Positions 1 through 11,800 of a DNA stretch of 64,000 bases are shown one piece after another. The notes under the pieces were generated by a model. It was not told the origin of the DNA and ran no database searches. It saw nothing but the letters and a program-made list of their open reading frames with translations. Source of the stretch: Eledone cirrhosa. Taxonomy: Eukaryota. Numbering within the stretch: position 1 is the first letter of the stretch; each line of letters starts with the position of its first letter. The stretch lies in NCBI GenBank assembly GCA_964016885.1, contig OZ024750.1, forward strand, positions 17,360,001 to 17,424,000, in the 5' to 3' direction. The translations under genes were made by a program, and so were the position numbers.

Positions 1-45
1 TGGTGGGTGGTGGGTAGTGGAAACATCACCATCGTTACATGTTCA

Positions 46-67
46 GTAGTAGTAGTGGTGGTGGTGT

Positions 68-112
<45 letters not shown>

Positions 113-124
113 CAACTATATATA

Positions 125-172
<48 letters not shown>

Positions 173-194
173 CAACTATATATATATATAGTAA

Positions 195-240
<46 letters not shown>

Positions 241-264
241 TGCAACTATATATATATATATATA

Positions 265-312
<48 letters not shown>

Positions 313-324
313 CAACTATATATA

Positions 325-366
<42 letters not shown>

Positions 367-382
367 CAACTATATATATATA

Positions 383-433
<51 letters not shown>

Positions 434-476
434 CAGTAGTAGTAGCAACTATTTATATATATATATATGTATATAT
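46..476. repeat. Compound (GTA)n/(TA)n microsatellite with higher-order unit (GTA)n-GCAAC-(TA)n
   Basis: GTA runs repeatedly interrupted by gcaactatatata. Confidence 0.95.
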
Positions 477-477
477 G

Positions 478-645
478 ATATGAAAAGTTCGGGACCCCCG
501 ACGACTGAGCTCCGAACATGTCAACAGCTAGATCCGAACTCAGTCGTCAGGGTCCCGAAGTTTTCATATTACCCACTCTACTATCCCAAGTATCGAGTAC
601 TTTGGGGAGTAATAGTCTAACTAGCTTTTAGCGCCTCCATTCTGA
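478..645 (-). mobile_element. Short inverted-repeat insert in (TA)n, probable Penelope-like/retrozyme fragment
   Basis: ~31-bp inverted repeat (478-509 vs 539-569). Tail tacccactctactatcccaagtatcgagtac resembles elements at 669, 26189 and 62037. Minus strand has CTGACGA after gggacc. Confidence 0.55.
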
Positions 646-668
646 TATATATATATATATATAGTCTT

Positions 669-806
669 TAGTCCAGAAATAGCCGTCGAAACGGCTTGAG
701 CTCTGCGGTCGGGGTCATACTTTCTCCTATTACCAACTCTACTACCCCAAGTATTGAGTATTCTGGTGCGTTATGGGCCATCTGGTTCCTTACCACAACT
801 CCTCCG

Positions 807-808
<2 letters not shown>
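669..808 (-). mobile_element. (TA)n-embedded short interspersed element, same family as 26189-26386 and 62037-62192
   Basis: Reverse complement closely matches 26189-26327; flanked by TA repeats. Confidence 0.8.
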
Positions 809-859
<51 letters not shown>

Positions 860-1081
860 TAAAAAAATAATGAATAAAACAAAGAAACAGTTCCTTATAT
901 TAAACAAAAAAAGTTCATTATTTTACGATCGTTTCTAGGACATATGTGTTAGAATTGGTATGCATATTCATATATATATATATATGATGGCTGCAAACTC
1001 TGGTAAGAGTACTGCAATCGCTTGTCATATTACAGAAAATGGTGCACTTTTAGGCTACGACTAGTCACACAAACCTGTAAC

Positions 1082-1118
<37 letters not shown>

Positions 1119-1199
1119 GACAGTCGATCGATTTTCATCAAATTGCTCTTTCCAATTGCTAATACTATCTATCGGTTGCAACTCCTGGTAGAAAGAGCA

Positions 1200-1304
1200 A
1201 CGTGAAATAAAGTGTCTTGCTCAAGGACATAACGCATCGCCCGGTCCGGGAATCTAACCCACAACCTCACGATTGCGAATCCAATTCTCTAACCACTCAG
1301 CCAC
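1200..1304 (-). mobile_element. tRNA-derived SINE fragment (second family, also 53350-53650 and ~53980-54115)
   Basis: Minus strand tggctgagtggttag head and tgtccttgagcaagacactttatttcac body shared with the 53350 copy. Confidence 0.65.
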
Positions 1305-1747
1305 ATACATACTAGCATGTGTATGTATGTATGTAAATAAAGAAACGTGTATAATTTCGGTGCATGTGGATTTAAGTTTGACACCGCTTGATTATGGCGA
1401 TGAAGTCAACGCTGTGAGAAATACCAATGTGGAAATACGAGGGCAATGGAAGTTAATGGAACAGTCCACTGGGGGATGAAAGACAGGCACTTTATAAGTA
1501 ACTGTCACCTTAAGTGAACGATACCAATAATGATTTACAGTAAAATAACAATTTTACCGCTAGGAGGAGGATATTGTGGTGAAAACATGTCGTAATCTGT
1601 TGATGTAGAGCAAATCTATTCACCTCACTTACTCCCCTTCTACTGACCATCGTCTGTATTTCGGCTCTTCTATCTACTTAGTTTTAGCTTAAGCTTATTA
1701 CAGTAATTTACGTTAGTTTACGTTCGTGTCATCTAACCGTTTATTTA

Positions 1748-1760
1748 ATGTGTGCATATG

Positions 1761-1794
<34 letters not shown>

Positions 1795-1807
1795 TGTGTG
1801 TGTGTGT

Positions 1808-1873
<66 letters not shown>

Positions 1874-1885
1874 TACATGAATATG

Positions 1886-1936
<51 letters not shown>

Positions 1937-2037
1937 AAGTATATATATATATATATATGTGTATATTTACATATACATATATATATATGTACATACACAC
2001 ACACACATATATATATACATATATATTGTATATGCAC

Positions 2038-2076
<39 letters not shown>

Positions 2077-2114
2077 ATATGTATGTATAATATATATATA
2101 TATTGTATATGTAC

Positions 2115-2167
<53 letters not shown>

Positions 2168-2246
2168 ATATGTATGTGTAATATATATATGTGTGTGTTT
2201 GTATGTGTGTTTATGTGGATAGCTGTGTGTGTGTGTGTGTGTGTGA
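1748..2246. repeat. (TA)n/(TG)n/(CA)n microsatellite block
   Basis: Seen directly. Confidence 0.95.
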
Positions 2247-2399
2247 TACTAAAACGATTGCTTAATTGAATTAGTAATGTGATGTTATTCTTATTGGATT
2301 GGGAAAATCGGTAGAGCGCTGTACACCATACATTGCAACTTAGTGTTACGGAAACTTGGGAATCCTGTTGAATGAAAGGCACCTGTAATTCAAACAGCA

Positions 2400-2422
2400 A
2401 CTACTACTACTACTACTACTAG

Positions 2423-2454
<32 letters not shown>

Positions 2455-2666
2455 TTACTGCTGCTGCTGCTGCTGCTCTGCTGTTGCTGTTGCTGCTGCT
2501 GCTGCTGCTACTACTACTACTGCTACTACTACTACTGCTACTGCTGCTGCTGCTCTGCTGCTGCTGCTGCTACTACTACTACTACTACTACTACTTCTGC
2601 TGCTGCTACTACTGTTGCTGCTGCTGCTGCTACCCATACTACTACTGCTGCTGCTGCTGTTGCTGC

Positions 2667-2702
<36 letters not shown>

Positions 2703-2778
2703 CACCACCACCACCACCACCACCACCACCACCACCACCACTACTACTACTTCTACTACTACTAATAATAATAATAAT
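2400..2778. repeat. Compound trinucleotide microsatellite (CTA/CTG/CCA) ending in (AAT)n
   Basis: Seen directly; the (AAT)n abuts the 3' end of the Tx1 element. Confidence 0.95.
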
Positions 2779-3037
2779 GATTTCATTTATTGGCCACAAG
2801 GGCCGACATATAGGGGACAACACAATAGACAGGGACAGTGGGGGTTTACATAGAGATCGAGTAAGTATAAATAACAAAAAAACAAAAACAAAATAACAAT
2901 AAAAATACAACAATGAAAGTTCCCCAATAAGAGGGATCACCACCCAGGGTTGACTCAAGCACCCCACCAGTCCTGAGCCACCCGACGCTCCTAGGGCACC
3001 CGGGAAGGGCACCCCTCTCCTTCTCGAATTCACCAGC

Positions 3038-6000
3038 CTACAGGCGCATGATCAGAGTAGGCCCACTCACGCGGGCCATTCTCGCCACATTCACCCACCT
3101 TTCAGTAAATGTACTGGGGGGCAGCACTTCTCTCTCCACCCTCACCTTCCTTTCCAAGTGAAACTTGAAGAAGTTGATGAGGGATTGGCCGAAGAGAAAA
3201 GTGTCTGTCTTCAGTCCTTTCAACCTGGTCCACCATGCAACCTCTTTCGCTACTGCCACCAGGCAGAGGAAAATTGCCTGCCCTTCCTGACCAAAAGAAG
3301 GCGGCGGGTCAATCTTCACTATGGACTCGGACGATAGCCGGATCCGTTCTACACGCGACAATAGCTGTTCGACATAACCCCACAAGTCAGCAATGCACGG
3401 ACACTGGACGAGTGCGTGCAGAACGGTTTCGTCGCTCTGCGCGCATCTCGGGCAGGTTCGTCTGACAGCACTTCCGTGCCTGTAGAGTTTATCCCGAACC
3501 GGCAGCGCCCCCCGGTAGCACTGCCAAGCGAGGGATTTCTGGAAGTTATCCATCGTCCCCGGCTCGAAAGTCCTCCGGAACATACTGGTCAGTTCTACTT
3601 CGTTGACGCCCAGAGCCTCTCCTAGTACGTCATCGCACTTGCCCTCCACTAATCCTCTATAGAAATCTTGAGTGGAAGTTCCACTGACCGCATTGCCCAC
3701 CTTGCAGAGTGCAGTGAGCGCCTGGCAACATTCCAGATGCCAGTCGCCCAGTCTCGGTCTCTTCTTGACCCAGGACTGCAGCTCAGTCAAAGAGATGAGC
3801 TGCGGAAAGGCCCGTCTAACAAACGGCGACCACACCTGTTCACCGTTTAGGCAAAATATCTGGAGATGTCGCAGCCTCAGCGCATGTCTGCGCATCATTA
3901 GCCACGGCATGCCCAGCCCTCCACGAAGAGGGTGCTGGCAGCAGATGGACCGCCTCACCAACGGGACCCGTCCCCTCCACAAAAATTTGAAAAGGAGCCG
4001 TTCCAAATTGGCGAGGCGTGGACGGGGGCAAGGCACGACGGTCAGGCGGTAGTAGATGACGGACGCGATGTACGCGTTCGCCACCTCCGCCCGCCCTTTC
4101 AGTGATAGCTTTCTCTCAGCCCATTTCTGGGTGAGGTTGGCTATCCTGCTCGTCACCTCGTCCCAATTCTTATCCACCTGGAGGTCTGGTCCGAACCAAA
4201 CCCCGAGCAACTTTACCGGTCCGTCTGTCCAGCGCCCAACGACGCTGTTGGACGGCATGGACTTGCCTCTCCAGGTGCCGAGCTGCAAGCCCACCGACTT
4301 TTCCGGGTTAAGTTTTGCTCCCGTCAACCTTTCATATTCCTCCAAATGGGTGCGGATCACCTCGATTTCCGAGGTGTCCGACACCATCACGGTGATGTCG
4401 TCCGCATAAGCGGACGCAGCCTTTCTACGTCCCGGTTCGAGCGGGATGCCCTGCAACAACTCCAGCTTCCGCAGTAGAGGCTCAAGAGTCAATACGTACA
4501 GAAGTGAGGAGAGAGGGCACCCTTGACGGACCGATCGAGAGATCTGAAACGGTTCCGAGAGGTGGCCATTAACTTTGACCACCGAGCGGATGCCGCTGTA
4601 CATTGCAGCGATCCAGCTTCTGAAGACGGGGCCGAAGCCAGCCGCCTCGAGGACAGCCTCCAAGTACCGATGGTCGACCCTATCGAATGCTTTCGATTGA
4701 TCTAAATTGATCAGAGCCCCACCGAAGCCAGGTTTGCACCCAACCCTCTCTATGATGTATCGCATGAGGTGGAGGTTGTCGTGTATGGACCTGGTCGGGA
4801 TTGCGCAAGTTTGCGCCTCCCCAACCAAATCTTTGACGACAAGCGCCAACCTTTTCGCTAACACCTTGGCCAAAATCTTAAACTCTGTGTTGAGCAGGGT
4901 TATGGGCCTGAAATTATCTAGTGTGTCCCTCTTGTTCTCGTCTTTCCTTATCAGCGTCACTACGCCACGGCTCACAGAACTGGGAATGCTCCCGTTCTGC
5001 TGCCAGTTGCAGTAGAGCGCTTCGAGGAGATCGGAGAACAAGTCTGGCATATTTACGTAAAGCTCGTAGGGCAGACCATCCAAACCGGGTGACTTGCGAC
5101 TCGAGCAGCCGACAAGGGCGTCCTGAATTTCGGCTGATGTTATCGGCTCTTCGCAGCGCTCAGCGTCGGCCGTCGAGAGGCGTGGCAAGCCGTCGAGGTA
5201 GGGACTGAAGTCCGCCGCCGTCTCCGACTCACCCATCCTCCCGAACAATCGAGCAAAGTGCTGGCGAAAGGCCTCACACATCTGCTTGGAATCGCTCAGT
5301 TCGTGTCCATCTCGATCCGTCAAAGACCGAATTGTGGTTTTATTTCCACGCTGCGTCTCTGCAAAGCGAGCCCATCGGGCAGCTTTGGTTCCCTCGTTCC
5401 TCAGAGCACGCGCCTTAGCTCTGACAATGCAACCTTCGTGTTTCGCATTGAAGAAATGGTCTAGTGCCATTCTCGCCGCTAGCACGTCTGTTGCAATGCC
5501 ACTACAAATAGCCTCGTCTAACTTAGCTATCAGCCCCTCCTCCTTTCTATTTTTCTCTATTGCTACTTCTTTGCTAAATCCTATCGAGGTTGCTCTAATC
5601 TCTCTTTTGAGTGCCCCCCACCACCTGTTGTTGACAACCCCCCCTGTCAACTTTTGCTTAACTAAGTTGTTGACCCGGTCCCTGTAAGCTTTACGTGCCG
5701 GAAACGACATGTTTAGCTTCCAGTAGCTAGGTCCTAACCTACGTGTCTTATCTAGGTCGACCATACAGATCACAAGCTTGTGATCTGAATAGGCAACCGT
5801 TTTAAAATGTGGACATCCTACACTATTTCTATCTCTTTTCCTAATGAAAATCCTATCTATGTACGATCTAGATGACCCTATGCGATTGGTCCAGGTCCAT
5901 ACTGGCGCATTAGGGAAATCTAGTCGGTACCTGTCAGACAGTTGAAACTGGCTGATCAGGTACTTGAGGCTTTTGCACCCCCCGCTCCTATCAGATACTC

Positions 6001-6457
6001 CCACACAATCCCAGCGTGCTTCTAAGATGCCATTCCAATCCCCTATTAACAGTAAAGGGCGAGACGTAAGCAGAAAGTTTTCCAGGCGCCTAAAGAAGTC
6101 CGGCCGACCGGCCCCAGTAGGGGCGTAGACGGCCACCAGTCTAAAGGCACCACCTTCGCTATTGCTCACGTCCAGGACCACCAACTTTCCGTCAGGATCC
6201 CGGAAGATTGACCTTACCTCGAGATCCAGACATTTCCTAAACAGCACAGCCACTCCACCTCCCATTCCCGGCCGACTGACAGATGCAAAGATCTGATAAT
6301 CGTCGAAAATCGGCGCCAGTGCGCGTGTGTCGGAAATTCTGGTCTCGCTGATGGCAATTACATCCATTCCTAGTGACCTGAGGTCGTTGAGCAAGTGACC
6401 TTGCTTCCAGGGCGACCCCAGGCCACGAACATTTAAACTTCCTACTCTTATGGCCAT
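3038..6457 (-). CDS. ORF2: APE endonuclease + reverse transcriptase + C-terminal zinc finger (Tx1-like)
   Basis: 1139 aa. APE motifs SLNVRGL, ISET, GDWN, SYIDRIF, SDH. RT motifs KSPGLDG, NFRPITLLN, DQSKAFDRV, RQGCPLS, YADD. C-terminal CPRC...HALVQC. Confidence 0.97.
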   Translation of the reverse strand: MAIRVGSLNVRGLGSPWKQGHLLNDLRSLGMDVIAISETRISDTRALAPIFDDYQIFASVSRPGMGGGVAVLFRKCLDLEVRSIFRDPDGKLVVLDVSNSEGGAFRLVAVYAPTGAGRPDFFRRLENFLLTSRPLLLIGDWNGILEARWDCVGVSDRSGGCKSLKYLISQFQLSDRYRLDFPNAPVWTWTNRIGSSRSYIDRIFIRKRDRNSVGCPHFKTVAYSDHKLVICMVDLDKTRRLGPSYWKLNMSFPARKAYRDRVNNLVKQKLTGGVVNNRWWGALKREIRATSIGFSKEVAIEKNRKEEGLIAKLDEAICSGIATDVLAARMALDHFFNAKHEGCIVRAKARALRNEGTKAARWARFAETQRGNKTTIRSLTDRDGHELSDSKQMCEAFRQHFARLFGRMGESETAADFSPYLDGLPRLSTADAERCEEPITSAEIQDALVGCSSRKSPGLDGLPYELYVNMPDLFSDLLEALYCNWQQNGSIPSSVSRGVVTLIRKDENKRDTLDNFRPITLLNTEFKILAKVLAKRLALVVKDLVGEAQTCAIPTRSIHDNLHLMRYIIERVGCKPGFGGALINLDQSKAFDRVDHRYLEAVLEAAGFGPVFRSWIAAMYSGIRSVVKVNGHLSEPFQISRSVRQGCPLSSLLYVLTLEPLLRKLELLQGIPLEPGRRKAASAYADDITVMVSDTSEIEVIRTHLEEYERLTGAKLNPEKSVGLQLGTWRGKSMPSNSVVGRWTDGPVKLLGVWFGPDLQVDKNWDEVTSRIANLTQKWAERKLSLKGRAEVANAYIASVIYYRLTVVPCPRPRLANLERLLFKFLWRGRVPLVRRSICCQHPLRGGLGMPWLMMRRHALRLRHLQIFCLNGEQVWSPFVRRAFPQLISLTELQSWVKKRPRLGDWHLECCQALTALCKVGNAVSGTSTQDFYRGLVEGKCDDVLGEALGVNEVELTSMFRRTFEPGTMDNFQKSLAWQCYRGALPVRDKLYRHGSAVRRTCPRCAQSDETVLHALVQCPCIADLWGYVEQLLSRVERIRLSSESIVKIDPPPSFGQEGQAIFLCLVAVAKEVAWWTRLKGLKTDTFLFGQSLINFFKFHLERKVRVEREVLPPSTFTERWVNVARMARVSGPTLIMRL

Positions 6458-6486
6458 GCTGGCAGGATGAATGGGAGAGGAAAGGT

Positions 6487-8397
6487 TTACTTACCTTCCG
6501 GGGTCTTGTGAAGGTCGGGTGGTTCGACCTCCATGGTTTGTGGGGTTTCTTTTGGGAACCCCTTTAATAGTCTTGACGTGGGTTTTACGTTCGGGGTTCC
6601 CACATCCCGAGGAAAGCTCTTTCGAATTTCTTTGTATGAAGCGAGCGACATTCGCATCAGAAGCAAATTATCTGGTACGCGAAATGTGCTCGCTTCAAAT
6701 GTTTCCCCGTCTTTTTCGATGTTTGTGCTTCGTGCTACATGGGCCATCAATTCCTTGTTGGCCCTTCTGGCAAGCACGAAGTTTTTAATGTTTTGTTGCT
6801 CGGGTTTTATTTGTTCGTGTGATTGTGGTGGTGATAGCTTTGTTAGTGTTGTTTCTATTGTGTCTGCGTTTGTTGTGGGTGGGGTGTCTGTAGTTTCTGA
6901 TGTTTGTGTGTCTATTTGTTCTTGTGTCTGTTTAGCTTGTTTGCGTTTGGGGGATTTTGGTGGTTGTGTTGGTGATGCTGTGGGGAAAATGTTTGTGTGG
7001 GTGGTGTGTGTATTTTTTTTTGTGGGGGTGTTTGTGCTTTGTGGATTTCTTTTTTTTTTGTGTTTTGTTTTTTGTATTTTGGGGGACTTTGGTTTTCCCT
7101 CATCTTCACTGCTGGAGGATGAGGGGTCTGTGGCTGTGAGCGTGTTTGTGTCTGAGTGAGTGTTTATGTTCTTGTTCGTGTGTGTATTTTGGGGGGGAGG
7201 GGGAATGGGAGAGCTTTCCTCGTTTCCCCCCTGGGTGTGCAATTTTGGTGGTTCCATTGTTGACGGTGTTGCTGGTGGTCCTTGTCCCGGCGTCGCCAGC
7301 AGTGGAATCTTTCGACCCCTTGCGCTTTTCGGCAGTTGAGGGCAGAAGGCTCGCAGGTGTGTCGTTTCCCCACAAAGGAAACAATGCGGCCTTTTGCCCT
7401 CAGTCATTATATGCAACACCCTCCCGTTTTGGAGGCGGATGTGGTCCGGGATTGTTTTTACGTTTTCGGGTCTGATTTGGAGCAGTATCTCCAGATCAAC
7501 CCCGGACCAGTCGTCCCTGGCAGTTCTCGTTGCCTCTACCGGGACTGTATCCGTTCCTTCCACGATTACGCAACCCAGGAGCCACCACATATCAAGTCCT
7601 GGTGGAATCCTGGGAATGCGCACACGTGCTATTCGTTTTCCCATGTGGGAGGGGTACATTATGACCTTGCTGGTTTTGCAAGGGGTCATTGAATGCTTCA
7701 CAGCGAGGGCTTCAGACTTGAACAGCACCGAAACGGTGCCGTATTGCCTGCCCCTCTCTATGAAGTCTGTGTCCTCTCTGATGTATTTCAGTGCGGCTTC
7801 TATGTCAGCTTGGGCGATTATCGCTGCCCTCTTTGTCTCTACTGAGATGCATCTGAAATGCACCGTTCTTTTTTCCACTGCCTCAATGGCTTCTGCCGGG
7901 ACAGTTAAGTTTGCCCAGGTCTGCTCTTGATTTATGATTTTCCAGGCCTGGGCCAACTTTTCCTCTCTGTTGGTTAAGTCGATGCTGTAGCATGGTCTCC
8001 TTTTAGCCGCTGCCACAGCAGCGAAAGTGTTCTTGTTGGTGTTGTCACTGTTGTTGTTCTTGTTGGTGTTGCTGCTGCTATTGCTGTTGTTGTTCTCCCC
8101 TGTGTCGTGGTTACCTTCTGTGCTGTTGGCCTTGTTGGTGCTGCTGCTGTCGCTACTATTACTCTCTGTGCTGTTCGTTTTGTTGGTGCTCTCGCTATTA
8201 CCACCTTCTGCGCTGTTCGGCTTGTTGGTGTTGGTGTTGTCGCTGTTACCACCTTCCGCGCCGCTCGGCCCGTTGGTGCTGGCACTGTCGCTGCTCACAT
8301 TCGTGCTGGTGGCGCTCCTCGCCTCACCTCTCCTCTCAACGCTCAAGTCGCCGTTGCACGACAGCAGACCCGCCTCTAGGGGGCGTGGCTCCGCCAT
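6487..8397 (-). CDS. ORF1: gag-like nucleic-acid-binding protein with CCHC zinc knuckle
   Basis: 636 aa immediately upstream of ORF2; CFLCGETTHLRAFC knuckle; N/S/T-rich N-terminus. Confidence 0.9.
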   Translation of the reverse strand: MAEPRPLEAGLLSCNGDLSVERRGEARSATSTNVSSDSASTNGPSGAEGGNSDNTNTNKPNSAEGGNSESTNKTNSTESNSSDSSSTNKANSTEGNHDTGENNNSNSSSNTNKNNNSDNTNKNTFAAVAAAKRRPCYSIDLTNREEKLAQAWKIINQEQTWANLTVPAEAIEAVEKRTVHFRCISVETKRAAIIAQADIEAALKYIREDTDFIERGRQYGTVSVLFKSEALAVKHSMTPCKTSKVIMYPSHMGKRIARVRIPRIPPGLDMWWLLGCVIVEGTDTVPVEATRTARDDWSGVDLEILLQIRPENVKTIPDHIRLQNGRVLHIMTEGKRPHCFLCGETTHLRAFCPQLPKSARGRKIPLLATPGQGPPATPSTMEPPKLHTQGGNEESSPIPPPPQNTHTNKNINTHSDTNTLTATDPSSSSSEDEGKPKSPKIQKTKHKKKRNPQSTNTPTKKNTHTTHTNIFPTASPTQPPKSPKRKQAKQTQEQIDTQTSETTDTPPTTNADTIETTLTKLSPPQSHEQIKPEQQNIKNFVLARRANKELMAHVARSTNIEKDGETFEASTFRVPDNLLLMRMSLASYKEIRKSFPRDVGTPNVKPTSRLLKGFPKETPQTMEVEPPDLHKTPEGK

Positions 8398-8884
8398 GTT
8401 TTTTTGAGAAAAAAATTATTATTTTTTTTCAAAATAAAGTTCAAATATTTGGGCCAAAAGGCCCAAATATTATGAGTTATTCCTTCACAGGATACAAATT
8501 AATGTCTTATAATGCTTCAGCGGTACAAAAAATAAACAATTCTCTACAATTAATCCTCAAAAATTGCTTACTCACGGAGCTTCAAAAAACGTACATCCAC
8601 TTTCGTCAATAATAATAATAATAATGATTTCATTTATTGGCCACAAGGGCCGACATATAGGGGACAACACAATAGACAGGGACAGTGGGGGTTTACATAG
8701 AGATCGAGTAAGTATAAATAACAAAAAAACAAAAACAAAATAACAATAAAAATACAACAATGAAAGTTCCCCAATAAGAGGGATCACCACCCAGGGTTGA
8801 CTCAAGCACCCCACCAGTCCTGAGCCACCCGACGCTCCTAGGGCACCCGGGAAGGGCACCCCTCTCCTTCTCGAATTCACCAGC

Positions 8885-11800
8885 CTACAGGCGCATGATC
8901 AGAGTAGGCCCACTCACGCGGGCCATTCTCGCCACATTCACCCACCTTTCAGTAAATGTACTGGGGGGCAGCACTTCTCTCTCCACCCTCACCTTCCTTT
9001 CCAAGTGAAACTTGAAGAAGTTGATGAGGGATTGGCCGAAGAGAAAAGTGTCTGTCTTCAGTCCTTTCAACCTGGTCCACCATGCAACCTCTTTCGCTAC
9101 TGCCACCAGGCAGAGGAAAATTGCCTGCCCTTCCTGACCAAAAGAAGGCGGCGGGTCAATCTTCACTATGGACTCGGACGATAGCCGGATCCGTTCTACA
9201 CGCGACAATAGCTGTTCGACATAACCCCACAAGTCAGCAATGCACGGACACTGGACGAGTGCGTGCAGAACGGTTTCGTCGCTCTGCGCGCATCTCGGGC
9301 AGGTTCGTCTGACAGCACTTCCGTGCCTGTAGAGTTTATCCCGAACCGGCAGCGCCCCCCGGTAGCACTGCCAAGCGAGGGATTTCTGGAAGTTATCCAT
9401 CGTCCCCGGCTCGAAAGTCCTCCGGAACATACTGGTCAGTTCTACTTCGTTGACGCCCAGAGCCTCTCCTAGTACGTCATCGCACTTGCCCTCCACTAAT
9501 CCTCTATAGAAATCTTGAGTGGAAGTTCCACTGACCGCATTGCCCACCTTGCAGAGTGCAGTGAGCGCCTGGCAACATTCCAGATGCCAGTCGCCCAGTC
9601 TCGGTCTCTTCTTGACCCAGGACTGCAGCTCAGTCAAAGAGATGAGCTGCGGAAAGGCCCGTCTAACAAACGGCGACCACACCTGTTCACCGTTTAGGCA
9701 AAATATCTGGAGATGTCGCAGCCTCAGCGCATGTCTGCGCATCATTAGCCACGGCATGCCCAGCCCTCCACGAAGAGGGTGCTGGCAGCAGATGGACCGC
9801 CTCACCAACGGGACCCGTCCCCTCCACAAAAATTTGAAAAGGAGCCGTTCCAAATTGGCGAGGCGTGGACGGGGGCAAGGCACGACGGTCAGGCGGTAGT
9901 AGATGACGGACGCGATGTACGCGTTCGCCACCTCCGCCCGCCCTTTCAGTGATAGCTTTCTCTCAGCCCATTTCTGGGTGAGGTTGGCTATCCTGCTCGT
10001 CACCTCGTCCCAATTCTTATCCACCTGGAGGTCTGGTCCGAACCAAACCCCGAGCAACTTTACCGGTCCGTCTGTCCAGCGCCCAACGACGCTGTTGGAC
10101 GGCATGGACTTGCCTCTCCAGGTGCCGAGCTGCAAGCCCACCGACTTTTCCGGGTTAAGTTTTGCTCCCGTCAACCTTTCATATTCCTCCAAATGGGTGC
10201 GGATCACCTCGATTTCCGAGGTGTCCGACACCATCACGGTGATGTCGTCCGCATAAGCGGACGCAGCCTTTCTACGTCCCGGTTCGAGCGGGATGCCCTG
10301 CAACAACTCCAGCTTCCGCAGTAGAGGCTCAAGAGTCAATACGTACAGAAGTGAGGAGAGAGGGCACCCTTGACGGACCGATCGAGAGATCTGAAACGGT
10401 TCCGAGAGGTGGCCATTAACTTTGACCACCGAGCGGATGCCGCTGTACATTGCAGCGATCCAGCTTCTGTAGACGGGGCCGAAGCCAGCCGCCTCGAGGA
10501 CAGCCTCCAAGTACCGATGGTCGACCCTATCGAATGCTTTCGATTGATCTAAATTGATCAGAGCCCCACCGAAGCCAGGTTTGCACCCAACCCTCTCTAT
10601 GATGTATCGCATGAGGTGGAGGTTGTCGTGTATGGACCTGGTCGGGATTGCGCAAGTTTGCGCCTCCCCAACCAAATCTTTGACGACAAGCGCCAACCTT
10701 TTCGCTAACACCTTGGCCAAAATCTTAAACTCTGTGTTGAGCAGGGTTATGGGCCTGAAATTATCTAGTGTGTCCCTCTTGTTCTCGTCTTTCCTTATCA
10801 GCGTCACTACGCCACGGCTCACAGAACTGGGAATGCTCCCGTTCTGCTGCCAGTTGCAGTAGAGCGCTTCGAGGAGATCGGAGAACAAGTCTGGCATATT
10901 TACGTAAAGCTCGTAGGGCAGACCATCCAAACCGGGTGACTTGCGACTCGAGCAGCCGACAAGGGCGTCCTGAATTTCGGCTGATGTTATCGGCTCTTCG
11001 CAGCGCTCAGCGTCGGCCGTCGAGAGGCGTGGCAAGCCGTCGAGGTAGGGACTGAAGTCCGCCGCCGTCTCCGACTCACCCATCCTCCCGAACAATCGAG
11101 CAAAGTGCTGGCGAAAGGCCTCACACATCTGCTTGGAATCGCTCAGTTCGTGTCCATCTCGATCCGTCAAAGACCGAATTGTGGTTTTATTTCCACGCTG
11201 CGTCTCTGCAAAGCGAGCCCATCGGGCAGCTTTGGTTCCCTCGTTCCTCAGAGCACGCGCCTTAGCTCTGACAATGCAACCTTCGTGTTTCGCATTGAAG
11301 AAATGGTCTAGTGCCATTCTCGCCGCTAGCACGTCTGTTGCAATGCCACTACAAATAGCCTCGTCTAACTTAGCTATCAGCCCCTCCTCCTTTCTATTTT
11401 TCTCTATTGCTACTTCTTTGCTAAATCCTATCGAGGTTGCTCTAATCTCTCTTTTGAGTGCCCCCCACCACCTGTTGTTGACAACCCCCCCTGTCAACTT
11501 TTGCTTAACTAAGTTGTTGACCCGGTCCCTGTAAGCTTTACGTGCCGGAAACGACATGTTTAGCTTCCAGTAGCTAGGTCCTAACCTACGTGTCTTATCT
11601 AGGTCGACCATACAGATCACAAGCTTGTGATCTGAATAGGCAACCGTTTTAAAATGTGGACATCCTACACTATTTCTATCTCTTTTCCTAATGAAAATCC
11701 TATCTATGTACGATCTAGATGACCCTATGCGATTGGTCCAGGTCCATACTGGCGCATTAGGGAAATCTAGTCGGTACCTGTCAGACAGTTGAAACTGGCT

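Larger units (their letters stand above)
2779..8607 (-). mobile_element. Full-length L1/Tx1-clade non-LTR retrotransposon, copy 1
   Basis: 5' UTR starting gacgaaagtggatgtacg, ORF1, ORF2, and 3' UTR with AATAAA followed by (ATT)n; bounded by (AAT)n on both sides. Confidence 0.95.

Noticed and set aside
7-2896. Many ORFs of poly-V/L/Y/I/C/H (also at 15-17 kb, 20 kb, 30 kb, 33-36 kb and 62-63 kb)
   Set aside because: Translations of stop-free microsatellites, not genes
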